Virus record (IMG/VR): IMGVR_UViG_3300027763_002462
Span: 1-64,000 of that record
Origin: a virus
Lineage: Duplodnaviria > Caudoviricetes
Reading direction: 5' to 3' (one strand)
DNA length: 64,000 bases
Shown one piece after another: positions 7,760 to 18,300 of the stretch. Numbering within the stretch: the stretch's first letter is position 1; each line of letters starts with the position of its first letter. The position numbers and the translations under genes are program-made. The notes under the pieces are model-generated. The model ran no database searches, was not told where the DNA came from, and worked only from the letters and a program-made list of their open reading frames with translations.

Positions 7760-10746
7760 TAAATGGTATTACAATTTATATTAATGTTTATTCCTGAATT
7801 TAAAGACAATATTTCTCCAACATTTCTTTCAGTACAAGTAAGACTCGTTACTGTTAAAATATTACCATTTAAGTAATAAGTGTATCCATATTTATATAAT
7901 TCAGGTAGATATTGAATTAAAGCATTTCTCCAATCTCTGTTTGATGGTACATCTGTTAATCCGTAACCAGTATAAAATGGTTCTTGTATAATACTGTCAC
8001 CTCCAATTGTTAAGTTAACATACCAATTAGATTGTACTGAATTTTGTACACATTCATTTAACGTTACCCCACTTGATGATAACATATTATTTAATCTGTT
8101 AGATAAAATACTACTAAAATTACTCACATTAGTATCACCATTTAACCAAGGATATATATTAAAATCTGTATACTCCGTCGCACATGTATAATCAAATATA
8201 TTTGAAATAATAAAACAAGGGTCGACAGGTACTGGTATAAATTGGCATCCTCTTTGTCTTCTATAAACAAATTTTTGTTTGTGTAAAACTGAGTTTTCCA
8301 TTCTAACACCTGTATTCCAAATAGTTGTGGCAGGAATCATTTGTTCTGCCAATTTCATCCAATAAGGCCCAATACCATTTACGTAATCAATTAGTTTTTG
8401 ATACGTATACTTGTTGTTTGGTAATCCAACAGTTGCTTCAGATTCAATATATTTCCACCAAATGGATTGTAATGTTGGATATCCTCCTGTTTTACCATCT
8501 GTAATGTATTGTCTGTTTCTAACATTAATCATGTTCTGCCAAAATGTTTGAGAGAATTCGAAGAATGTTTTTTTCTTTGGCTTAGGGTCAACATATGTCC
8601 AATCTACTCCACCAGGTACAGGATAACCAACAGTTAATCCTGATTCAGGAATTGGATAATCATATCTTCTTGATTGGTCCCAAACATCATAAACAAGACC
8701 TTGTCCAGGGTTTAAGAATAAATCAACATTCTTAACATTTAGGACTAACTTTTCATTATCAACATAATAATAAGCATTATAGTCGGCGTTTGTTGAAACT
8801 CTAATTTTATTATCTTCTTCTAACCACGATTTATTATTATCAACAACTTGAGTTAATTTAAATCCTTCCGTCATATAAGGAAAATCTCTAAATCTATTCA
8901 AATATGGTTGACCATAAGAAAACGGAGTTAATTGAGTTTGAATATCATAGTTTTGTCCTGTGTATACGCTTCCTGTAATTCGTACTTGGTCAGGACTTCT
9001 GTGTTGTGGTGTTACTTCGTACCATCCCGCTCCTAATTGGAAGAAATAATCCTCAGTATTAAGAGGTGCTTGAGGATAACCTAAATCATCTATTGGATAA
9101 TCTTCTAATCTAATGTTAACATTACTGTAAGTTGCCACGGATGTAAAAGCGCTATATACATTTCCTTTAATTTTATATGTTTGTCCTGGCAAATAAGATG
9201 GAGTGTCTTGTACGTAAGTACCTCCCGATATTGAAGCCCATTGTGTATAGAATTGGTCTAAATTAATTCTTTGGTCAGCAAGATAAATGTGCTCATTGAA
9301 TTCAATTAATGATTCGGGAGCTCCAATTAATCTCATCATAAATTCAACAGACCTTCTTGTTCCTTTAGATTTGAAAAGGTATGCTGCATTTAAAATTAAA
9401 TTTCTATAAAACGCATAATTTAATTCTGTAGGCGTTAGGGCTCTTGCATAACCAGGATAAGTTGGTGTGTTTGTATTTCCAAAAACAGAACTTAAAAAGT
9501 CTTCATTTGTTATTGGTGAAAAATTTGAAGAATATCCTAACGTTCTTGCAAGGTTAACTAACAACTCAGATGGAATATCATTTTCAGGATTATAATTAAC
9601 CGAATTCATATATGCTAACGCATCAATGAATTGTTTTACTTGGTCAAAACTTCTACCGTATATTTGAAATATTTTTTCAACCTTTTGTCCTCTTGTATCA
9701 AATTCTTTTAATGAATCAGAAGTTAAAAATCTTGATATTAAATTTGTTTTAAACGAATCTAAATTCTTACCAATTTCCTCTAATTTACTTAAATAGTCAT
9801 CAAACAAAAAGGACCTAATATCTAAATTCCAAGTGCCATCCAACGGCCAAGTAACTTGTTGATAGTCAGTATAAAATTGCCCATCTTCATTTTGTTGAGG
9901 TACTTGAAATATTGCAGTATATGGTGGTCTTATTAAACGATTTAATAAAAACTTTTCAACCTCATCAAAATTCTCAGCGAATATTTTATCTGTAATAAAA
10001 TCATTTGGTCTTATTTGGTATTGTTCGTTGATTGTAGAGGCTGTAGTACCAAATGGTGCTCCTGATACATAAAATTGAATATATCCCGAATTTAACGTCT
10101 CTGATGGTGTAAATGATACAATATTATATATGTTATCGTTAATACTCACACAATAATCTAAATAAGTGTTATATAAATTTCTGTATGGTGACTGTGTAAT
10201 CTCACTAGCTAATAAATTAGTTGATGCACTTATTGAGTAATCGATACCAAAAGGGTTGTTAATTCTACTAACGTCAACTTGAAAATATGTTTCATCTTCT
10301 GTTTCATTATATTGAATATTAGTTGCTGTAGGTCCTGTTGTAAAATCAAGGTTGGTATACATAATATCCAAAGAAGCTGGAAACTGATGAAGAATATGTG
10401 TAACCGAAACTTGGAATCTTTTACTTAAAGAACCATACATTGAAAAGTTAAGAACCTGAGATACGTCATAGTTTGGATAAACTCTAAATTGAGTTGCCAT
10501 TATTCTACGACTTTCGGTTAAATCTTCAATATCTAACGAATCTAAACTAATAGGTTCAGAGAACGCTCCAACGTTAAAGGTTCTATTAACCTTTTCAACT
10601 ACTGAAGTTGTAAACTCAAAATTACCTTGCGTAAGTCCGCCACCCTCAACTGTTTGTAATCCTACAATGTTGTCAGAAAAGGTTGCAGCTCCACTACCAG
10701 GTCTTGGAGGGTAAAAGTATTTCGTAGTCTTTTGCGTTATCGCCAT
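7759..10746 (-). CDS. Putative baseplate wedge protein (gp7/P2 gpI-like core motif)
   Basis: 995 aa with L..LA..LG and YLFKSKGTRRSVEFMMRLIG, resembling the KGT motif of wedge proteins; lies in the baseplate cluster. Confidence 0.6.
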   Translation of the reverse strand: MAITQKTTKYFYPPRPGSGAATFSDNIVGLQTVEGGGLTQGNFEFTTSVVEKVNRTFNVGAFSEPISLDSLDIEDLTESRRIMATQFRVYPNYDVSQVLNFSMYGSLSKRFQVSVTHILHQFPASLDIMYTNLDFTTGPTATNIQYNETEDETYFQVDVSRINNPFGIDYSISASTNLLASEITQSPYRNLYNTYLDYCVSINDNIYNIVSFTPSETLNSGYIQFYVSGAPFGTTASTINEQYQIRPNDFITDKIFAENFDEVEKFLLNRLIRPPYTAIFQVPQQNEDGQFYTDYQQVTWPLDGTWNLDIRSFLFDDYLSKLEEIGKNLDSFKTNLISRFLTSDSLKEFDTRGQKVEKIFQIYGRSFDQVKQFIDALAYMNSVNYNPENDIPSELLVNLARTLGYSSNFSPITNEDFLSSVFGNTNTPTYPGYARALTPTELNYAFYRNLILNAAYLFKSKGTRRSVEFMMRLIGAPESLIEFNEHIYLADQRINLDQFYTQWASISGGTYVQDTPSYLPGQTYKIKGNVYSAFTSVATYSNVNIRLEDYPIDDLGYPQAPLNTEDYFFQLGAGWYEVTPQHRSPDQVRITGSVYTGQNYDIQTQLTPFSYGQPYLNRFRDFPYMTEGFKLTQVVDNNKSWLEEDNKIRVSTNADYNAYYYVDNEKLVLNVKNVDLFLNPGQGLVYDVWDQSRRYDYPIPESGLTVGYPVPGGVDWTYVDPKPKKKTFFEFSQTFWQNMINVRNRQYITDGKTGGYPTLQSIWWKYIESEATVGLPNNKYTYQKLIDYVNGIGPYWMKLAEQMIPATTIWNTGVRMENSVLHKQKFVYRRQRGCQFIPVPVDPCFIISNIFDYTCATEYTDFNIYPWLNGDTNVSNFSSILSNRLNNMLSSSGVTLNECVQNSVQSNWYVNLTIGGDSIIQEPFYTGYGLTDVPSNRDWRNALIQYLPELYKYGYTYYLNGNILTVTSLTCTERNVGEILSLNSGINININCNTI

Positions 10747-11654
10747 TAGCTAGTTATGTTTGTAAAGTTTTTACTGAAATCAATATTATCGTTTCTATTT
10801 TGTCTAACCTCATATAACAACGCGTTAAATTGGTCTCTAATTTCATATAAGTTGTATTGTCTGTATATGTTATTTTGAGAGTCATAGATTGTGTAAATAC
10901 CATCATCAATAGACTTGGTCTGATTACCGTAAAGAGCAATAGCAAGAGATGAGATATCGTATTCAACCATTTCTACCTCCAAACTAATAGGATTAAAGAA
11001 AGTGTTAGTGATAATAATATCTTGGTCAGGCTGTCCAATATATGGAGTTGCATTTGGTTTGTTAGTTGGTGATGATGAAGGTGATAGTGTTAGGAAAATA
11101 AGATTCGAATCTCCATCGACATATCTATATCTAATAGATTTTTGAGAAGTATTAACTTCATTACTTACAACTGGTTCGCAATAAAAACTTGAAGTAACTA
11201 CTCTAAAGAAGTTAGGTATTTTTGAGCCGTCATTATTTAAGTATTCAATTCTAAATCCTACAAGTCCTTGAGGAACAAATTTATTTTGGTATTGAGTAGG
11301 TACGTTACTAATATCGATAACAAGACCTTTAACATTTGGTAATGCGCTTAAAACACCACAATCAGTAATAACGGTTCTTATTTGAGCTGGTCTTAAATAT
11401 AATGTGTAGATACCTAATGCGTTAAATTGATTTGCAGGTAATGTTAAATTATATAACCCACCTAAAACTTCAACACCCGCGTTTCCTCCTGTTTCACTAT
11501 TAGCAAAGTAAGGTTTAAGTATGGTAGGTGCATCCAATTTTGTAAGCACAAATTGGTCTGTCACATCCCTTGTTGGAGTGTAGTTCATGATTATCTCAAC
11601 ATCCTGTGGTGAAACATCTGATGGTCTTATTGTACCGTATGAGCCTATTGCCAT
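10746..11654 (-). CDS. Hypothetical structural (baseplate-region) protein
   Basis: 302 aa ORF, 1-nt overlap with the next gene, TATTTATA upstream. Confidence 0.6.
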   Translation of the reverse strand: MAIGSYGTIRPSDVSPQDVEIIMNYTPTRDVTDQFVLTKLDAPTILKPYFANSETGGNAGVEVLGGLYNLTLPANQFNALGIYTLYLRPAQIRTVITDCGVLSALPNVKGLVIDISNVPTQYQNKFVPQGLVGFRIEYLNNDGSKIPNFFRVVTSSFYCEPVVSNEVNTSQKSIRYRYVDGDSNLIFLTLSPSSSPTNKPNATPYIGQPDQDIIITNTFFNPISLEVEMVEYDISSLAIALYGNQTKSIDDGIYTIYDSQNNIYRQYNLYEIRDQFNALLYEVRQNRNDNIDFSKNFTNITS

Positions 11655-11696
11655 GTTCTCTTATTTAATTTATAAATAGTTTAGTTCTTTTTTTCA

Positions 11697-12785
11697 TTAG
11701 GTTCTTTTCTTATTATCGACATTAAAAAATCCATAACCATAATTAATCATGTCTCCTAAATTATCAACCTCCCCTAATCTTTGTACTCTTTCATATGCAC
11801 TATTCTTTCCTCTCTCCACAAATACGTCCGTTTGTACTTGAGCTTGGTCAATAACTTTTAATAAAACCTCATCTTTAGTTATAGGAACAGAAGTTAAATT
11901 GTTACTAGTTAATCCTGATGATTGTTGGAAAAAAATAGTTGTCCCGTCACTATAGTCATAATAGTTTACGTTTGTTATAGTGTAAGCAGTATATACTGAA
12001 TTAATATCTGATATCGCTCCCCATATTTGTCCGTTAGCAATGACAGGAACTCCAACTTGGAATTTTGGTGAACCATATTGAGCTAGTTCGTTAACTCTTG
12101 ATTTTGTTAATCCAGATACCGTAAATGGTATTGTCACATAATTGTTAGACGTTTGTGCGGATACGACATTGACAGCATCTCCTGAAAATATGTAATCATA
12201 TGACACAGGTGTTCCAATCCAATTTCCAGACGAAGGAGTAAAATACGCGGTTCCTTGTGGGTTATAAATTGTTGGATTTGTGAATGGAGTCTTAATTGTT
12301 TTTGATACTCTTGTTACACCCCATGGATTAGTTTGTTCCATAGTAATAGTGTATTCACTATTTGCCGAAGCGTAAGTATGTGTTATTGATGTTGGTGTAT
12401 ACCCTGTTATAATTTCTTTTGGTGTACCATCTCCCCAATCAACTTTGTATGCAGATAAATCTAAAAACTTTTGAAATTGGCTTGATGTATTATAAACATT
12501 ATAAACATATGGGTTTGTAGTTGTTGATGAAAATATAAAATTTGCAACCACATCTTTTTGTAATACCGCTCCATCAAATGGGCTATAGTAACCAGCGTCT
12601 ACCGCTGTTTGTCTTAATAGAATAGGTACCGTTAGGTTAGTTAATAATGAAGTACCATCAGGACCAGAACTAACAACCGCGGTCATTGCAGAATAAACTC
12701 CTACAGGAGTTCCACTATAGTTAACAACGAATAAGTCTCCTTTAATATTTTCTGGCGATACAGTTATTTTATATAAGTCTTGCAT
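11697..12785 (-). CDS. PKD/Ig-like domain structural protein
   Basis: Contains the PKD-type motif YKVDWGDGT...THTY...YTITM. Confidence 0.65.
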   Translation of the reverse strand: MQDLYKITVSPENIKGDLFVVNYSGTPVGVYSAMTAVVSSGPDGTSLLTNLTVPILLRQTAVDAGYYSPFDGAVLQKDVVANFIFSSTTTNPYVYNVYNTSSQFQKFLDLSAYKVDWGDGTPKEIITGYTPTSITHTYASANSEYTITMEQTNPWGVTRVSKTIKTPFTNPTIYNPQGTAYFTPSSGNWIGTPVSYDYIFSGDAVNVVSAQTSNNYVTIPFTVSGLTKSRVNELAQYGSPKFQVGVPVIANGQIWGAISDINSVYTAYTITNVNYYDYSDGTTIFFQQSSGLTSNNLTSVPITKDEVLLKVIDQAQVQTDVFVERGKNSAYERVQRLGEVDNLGDMINYGYGFFNVDNKKRT

Positions 12786-13609
12786 TATTGTGGCGGATTA
12801 ACATATTCGAACCATTTTATGGGTATATTTGTTCCCACCCTTTGACCTTGAGTATTAAAGACTTGATATGTTTGAGTTGTATAGTCCAACTTAACCGTAT
12901 AGTAGAAATACTGAGTACTATCGAAGGCGTATTTATTACCCGATAAATAAGCTTGTGGCCCATTTGTTTGGTCCAAAGGATTAGTCCCTTTACCTGTCAT
13001 CATTTTAGTAAATTGACCTGTCTTAGCATTGTAAAACTTGGCACTCATATAAAATGTACTAACATCCAAAAAGTTTCTTTTCTTTAACCAATAAATAAAA
13101 AACCCTTCTTTATCTCCAACATAATCTAATACAAACTTTGGTTTCTTAATGTTAACCAATGTTCTTTGCATTTGAGTTTCCATTGTTAAACCTTGTTGGG
13201 TTGGTAAAATTATTGTCAAATAATTTGTTTGGGCTTTTTCATCAGGAGTGTCATAAAAGTCCAATTTAAAAAATGAATTACTAAAATTGTTTTCGTAATA
13301 GTAAACTTCTTGAGGTGTAAACCCTTCTCCTAAATAATTGATTCTCCAATTATTAATATCATTTAATGAACCTCCAGAATAAAAATAAAACTCATAATTA
13401 ATTTCAGTATTATTTGTTGTTGCAGTTGCAGGCAAATGTTCAAATCTTGAAACTTCAAAATCTCTACCAATACCTATTACTTCAGTAATAACAGTTTGTT
13501 CATACTCTTCAATTGCCATATCTAAACCTAAATAATCCCATTGCAATTCAACAGGAATATTGATTTGTTTGTCGGTAATTCCGTCTTGTCTTATTACTAC
13601 TTTATTCAC
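12785..13609 (-). CDS. Hypothetical structural protein
   Basis: 274 aa ORF overlapping both neighbours (translational coupling). Confidence 0.6.
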   Translation of the reverse strand: MNKVVIRQDGITDKQINIPVELQWDYLGLDMAIEEYEQTVITEVIGIGRDFEVSRFEHLPATATTNNTEINYEFYFYSGGSLNDINNWRINYLGEGFTPQEVYYYENNFSNSFFKLDFYDTPDEKAQTNYLTIILPTQQGLTMETQMQRTLVNIKKPKFVLDYVGDKEGFFIYWLKKRNFLDVSTFYMSAKFYNAKTGQFTKMMTGKGTNPLDQTNGPQAYLSGNKYAFDSTQYFYYTVKLDYTTQTYQVFNTQGQRVGTNIPIKWFEYVNPPQ

Positions 13610-15317
13610 AATTATCTATTAATGGTTTGAATGAAAAATCATATCCTGTTAGATTATCATTATAGTTTATACCTTCAGGTATTAATCTAAAGTTTATATC
13701 TGAGTAAGGGTATTGTGCAGTATTCAAATATGGATAATCAACACCTCTACCAAGATTATCTCTATATCCATAAGTATACAAATCTCTCCATCTAAACTGT
13801 TGGTCCGTCATAGAGTAAAATGACCATTCAGGTACTTGGTCTACAAAAGCGACTCCACCTGTTTCAATATAATCAGAGAATACCCTAATTGTCATCTTAT
13901 TATGAGGTTGGTAATAATACCCTGGCGCGTTTGTTGTTGCAACTGTTGTTGTTTGAAACACAGTTTGATTAAACTTTAATTTATGATAGTATGGAGATAC
14001 TACTCTTTCTATTTGTTCATAATCATTCCATTCACAGAAATCACCATCCATTATATCTCCTTTTTGTAAATCTAAGTTATAGTAGAATGTTTTGGTTTCT
14101 CCGTTTGTAAATGTGTATGCCGAGACTGGTATGTTTGTGTTTGATTTTTCATTGGTCAAATTCCACCACGGATTTGTTCTCTTTGATAAATTAAATTCCC
14201 ATCCTTGTTTTAAACCAACTCCATTTTGTGGATTATTAAAATAACCTGAGTAACCTTTATTAACTATTGTTAAATAAATTTCAGTTATAGGTCTTTGTTG
14301 ATTGTCTTTTAATCCAGCAAAATCCAAATCATATTTTGATGTCACATTATAAGTATTACTACTAGTTTTTTGAGAAATTCTAGTAATGTTGTTTGGAGTT
14401 ATTGAACTATATTCTAATTTCTTTTCTTCATTAAAAACATTTTTTTCAAATCCAGCTTTAACCATTTCAAGGTCAGTTAGATTTGTTAAAACTTTGTTTT
14501 GTTTTACATAATATTTTGACTTAGTTTCTGTTAAGTTATCAGGATTAATAACTCTTTTAAATGTACCTGTTGTACCATTACTAAATGTTGTTCCCGTATA
14601 TCCAATATTTAAAACATTAAAGACATAAACACCGCTATCAAATAAACCATTACCTATAGAGTATACTTGAAATATATTTGAGTTTCTATACGTTATAGAT
14701 AATTCAACATATTCTCCTTCAGTTAATCCATGAGGTGCAATACAATTAAACGCGATAAGTCCATTACCATTTGATGTAGAATTTAATATTGAAAAAGGTA
14801 TTCCATCTTTTGCCAACCAATTTACTGCATTTGTATTATTTGAATAATAAGTTAATTCTTTATTATAATTGTTTTCATATGAATATGTTAAATAGTACAT
14901 CCAATTATAGGTATAAGCGCTTTTGGCTTTATATACAAAATGTTGGTCTGAAATATCTGGTCTAAAAAAATCAAATTCATAATATTGCGGATAACCTGGC
15001 CATTTACTAGTACCACCATTTTGAGCACTTGATTTTGAATTCTCAGGACTTGTATAATAAAGATTATATTGGAAAGGTAAGTACCCTGTAGTTCCTGTAT
15101 AAGTATTGGCATATAGATACGAGACTTTAAACGTTGGTCTAAATATTGTGCATCCTTGTCGTTCATCATCATATACTTGAGCCAAACTAATTGTCGAACT
15201 CCTATCATATTCAGTGATTTGTTGACTTTGTTCTTCAAGTGTTAATGAAATTTCTTCATTAACCGATGGTGCTCCTTTATATCTTAAGTTACTTGGAACT
15301 ATTGTATACTTACTCAT
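13602..15317 (-). CDS. Hypothetical structural protein
   Basis: 571 aa, rich in Tyr/Asn/Thr, overlapping neighbours in the baseplate cluster. Confidence 0.6.
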   Translation of the reverse strand: MSKYTIVPSNLRYKGAPSVNEEISLTLEEQSQQITEYDRSSTISLAQVYDDERQGCTIFRPTFKVSYLYANTYTGTTGYLPFQYNLYYTSPENSKSSAQNGGTSKWPGYPQYYEFDFFRPDISDQHFVYKAKSAYTYNWMYYLTYSYENNYNKELTYYSNNTNAVNWLAKDGIPFSILNSTSNGNGLIAFNCIAPHGLTEGEYVELSITYRNSNIFQVYSIGNGLFDSGVYVFNVLNIGYTGTTFSNGTTGTFKRVINPDNLTETKSKYYVKQNKVLTNLTDLEMVKAGFEKNVFNEEKKLEYSSITPNNITRISQKTSSNTYNVTSKYDLDFAGLKDNQQRPITEIYLTIVNKGYSGYFNNPQNGVGLKQGWEFNLSKRTNPWWNLTNEKSNTNIPVSAYTFTNGETKTFYYNLDLQKGDIMDGDFCEWNDYEQIERVVSPYYHKLKFNQTVFQTTTVATTNAPGYYYQPHNKMTIRVFSDYIETGGVAFVDQVPEWSFYSMTDQQFRWRDLYTYGYRDNLGRGVDYPYLNTAQYPYSDINFRLIPEGINYNDNLTGYDFSFKPLIDNCE

Positions 15318-18300
15318 CTATTGAATATTTTGTTTTAAATCTGTCTAATGCCGATTCCCCTTTAACCACTCCAAAATAAAATTGGAACGGAGCTCCGACT
15401 AAAAATTTACTTGAAGTTTGTGGTGTTGAAGTGTATCGTCCTCCTACTGTTGGATAACTTGTTACGTTTCCATCTACACTATATATGTATCCTCTTGCGG
15501 TTAAGTCATTTGCAACTGATGTTCCATTTAAATAATATTTTGTATTTGTGGCAGCCCTATCTAAAGATTGATAGTTATTTTGAATAATGTCAGCGGTATC
15601 TGTCGCCCAATTATTATTTTGATTTCCAAAAATAGTACTACTGCCAGACGCCATTTTCCATTGATAAAATGGTGTTAATTGTGATTTGACACCATAAGCA
15701 AATGGAAAATACCCATTATTATTAGTCCCTCTAAAATCAATTCTACCAGGAGTTAAATAATCTTTAGTTTGAAGGTCTTGAGTTGTTGATGAATACCAAA
15801 CAGCCATAATTGGGTCACTACTTGTACCTAAGATGTTTGTCGCATTAATTGCTCCAGGTCTTATTTCATAATATTCAGGTGAAAAATTAACATTACCTAT
15901 TTCAGAATTTATTGACATTAATTGTGCTAAATCACCGTCAATTCTTAGTTGGGGTCTTGAAAATAATTGGTTAATTGAGTTATTACCTAAAGGAATTATT
16001 TGAGCCAAAAAACTTTCATCTGTAATTCTAGAAATAACAAATAAATTAATTAAATCTGAAGTATCTCCATAACTAGTTGAGTCTATATTAGGTATTATAT
16101 ATCCTTTAGTTGCTGGGTCAAAAGTTATTTCAGAATAAAAATAATCTTTCATACCCAAGTTAATTATTGTTGTTGGATATAATAAATTTAATATATTAAC
16201 ACCTCCAGGGTTATTTGTTTTTTTACCTATAAATTTATTTGAAATATCATTCCAAGGACTACTTCTATAATAGAAATTATTACTATCCATATTAAAATAT
16301 GCAACGTCGTTGGCAAATCTAGGATATTCGGGTTTATTTTTACTGTCGTAATATGTGTTAACTTGTAATGGAAATGCATATAACGAACCATTAATCCAAT
16401 TATTCATAAATGATTGAGATAGAACTCCTCTACACAATCCATAGAAAAATCTAAACCTAAAACCCCATTCTCCAAAGTTTCCAAGGTCTTTCACTAAGTC
16501 CGTTAAAGGTCTTCTCATGAACATATAACAACCACCTTCAACCGCATCCGCAGTTGTACATTGTTGGTTTATAGTAAAGTTATCTCCAAATCCTTGGTAA
16601 CAATCTAATCCGACCATAGATTCGCAATTAAAACTTTCCAATACTTTAATTGAGTTTGCTAATCCTTCTAAATCAGGAGTAACTGTTTGAGCACCTGTTG
16701 AGAAAGCGGTTGAGGTAATATCATCAGACTCAGTATTAACCAAATAAACATAAAAATTATTATTTTGCTGTAATAAAGATGGATTATTTGTAAATGAAGA
16801 GCCATCCAATCCATCCGAAGATGGTAATCTATCAGTTCGTAAAACATTTAATGTGTCATTATTAATTAACATTGTAGGATTAGTACTAAAGAATGTTTTT
16901 GTTGTATAATAATAACCAAAGCTAGCTGTGTTAACCACAAAATTACTTATACCTGAATTACACGCCATTACTGCAGACCCAGATAAGTCTTCACTGTTAT
17001 CGTATTTGGCACTAGATGCGTTGACATAATAAAAACCATTTGAAGATAACGAAAGTACTTTGTTACCATTAATTGTTGACTTAACAGGTAAAGGACTTGT
17101 TGTTGCGTCTAATGAACCATAATAGGCGGTATTTGTTGTTGTAAATCCCGTAAATGATTGTCCTGCTATTGGTGATGTTGTAGTACCAGGTTTAAAGAAA
17201 TAAGATTGATAGTACATATTAGTTTGATTATACGGTTGTACAGTCATGCTAGATGTGTCTACTTTTTGTATAGGTATATTAACTCTTGTTGATGCGGTTA
17301 TTGTCCAATTTGAATCAAACTCAGTTGTTCCAAATAAATTACCCAAACAATATTCATTAACATATTTTGGAGAATATGGGTCAACCCCTCTTTGTAAAAC
17401 TACAATATATTGTTCGTTAGCCCCTTGGAAAAATTCATAAGCGTTTAAAGTATTACTTATACCAAAAATGTATCCCCCAATCCACGCCCTCCAGATATTT
17501 GAGATAGAAGGAGTATTTAAAACATTCCCAAAAGATTGGGTTGTACCTGTGTTCCATATTTTAGCCGCGTCTGAAACAGTTATTGCGGTAATGACTTGAT
17601 AATATTCAAAATCCGCAGGGAATCTATAATTTGTTTCTGAAGAACCATATGGTAAATTATATCTTACAGGTGTTAAAATATTTGATGTTTGAGTTGTAGC
17701 ATATGACACATCAATATATGTTGCTCCACTACCATTATAAGTTTGTCCACTAATTCCTGTAACCAATGTCGCCGTATCACCTGTTGTCAATCCAGTATAA
17801 AGATAATTAGTGTCAGTAGTCCCTGTTATGTTAACAAAAGTCAAAAGGTCTCCAGCTTGAAATTGTTCTTGACATAAAACTGTTATTGTATTGTCATAAT
17901 GAAATTTACCTAAATTAGAATCTTTCGCGATTGTTACTTTAATTTTATTAATGTTTGAAAAATAACTATCTCTTTGATTAAAAATATTAATCCTTTCTCC
18001 AATAGGTAAACTATATGAATTAACAAATCTAGAAACTCCATCACTAGTGTTTAATGTTTGAGAAAGTGGTAATTTATATCTTCCTGGATTCATATTAGCG
18101 GATGATAACGATAAACCCGCGAATGACTCAGATACCATTGTTGCATATACTGACCCATCTTCAGTTAACCCTGAAAAATAAGTTGATACTAAACCATCAT
18201 AATAAGAATCAGGTGATGATAAAAAACTTAAAACCCCTCCAGAAGCAGTATTATTAGCAATACCTGTTGTTTTTAAATCTTGAGTACACTCACAGGCCTG

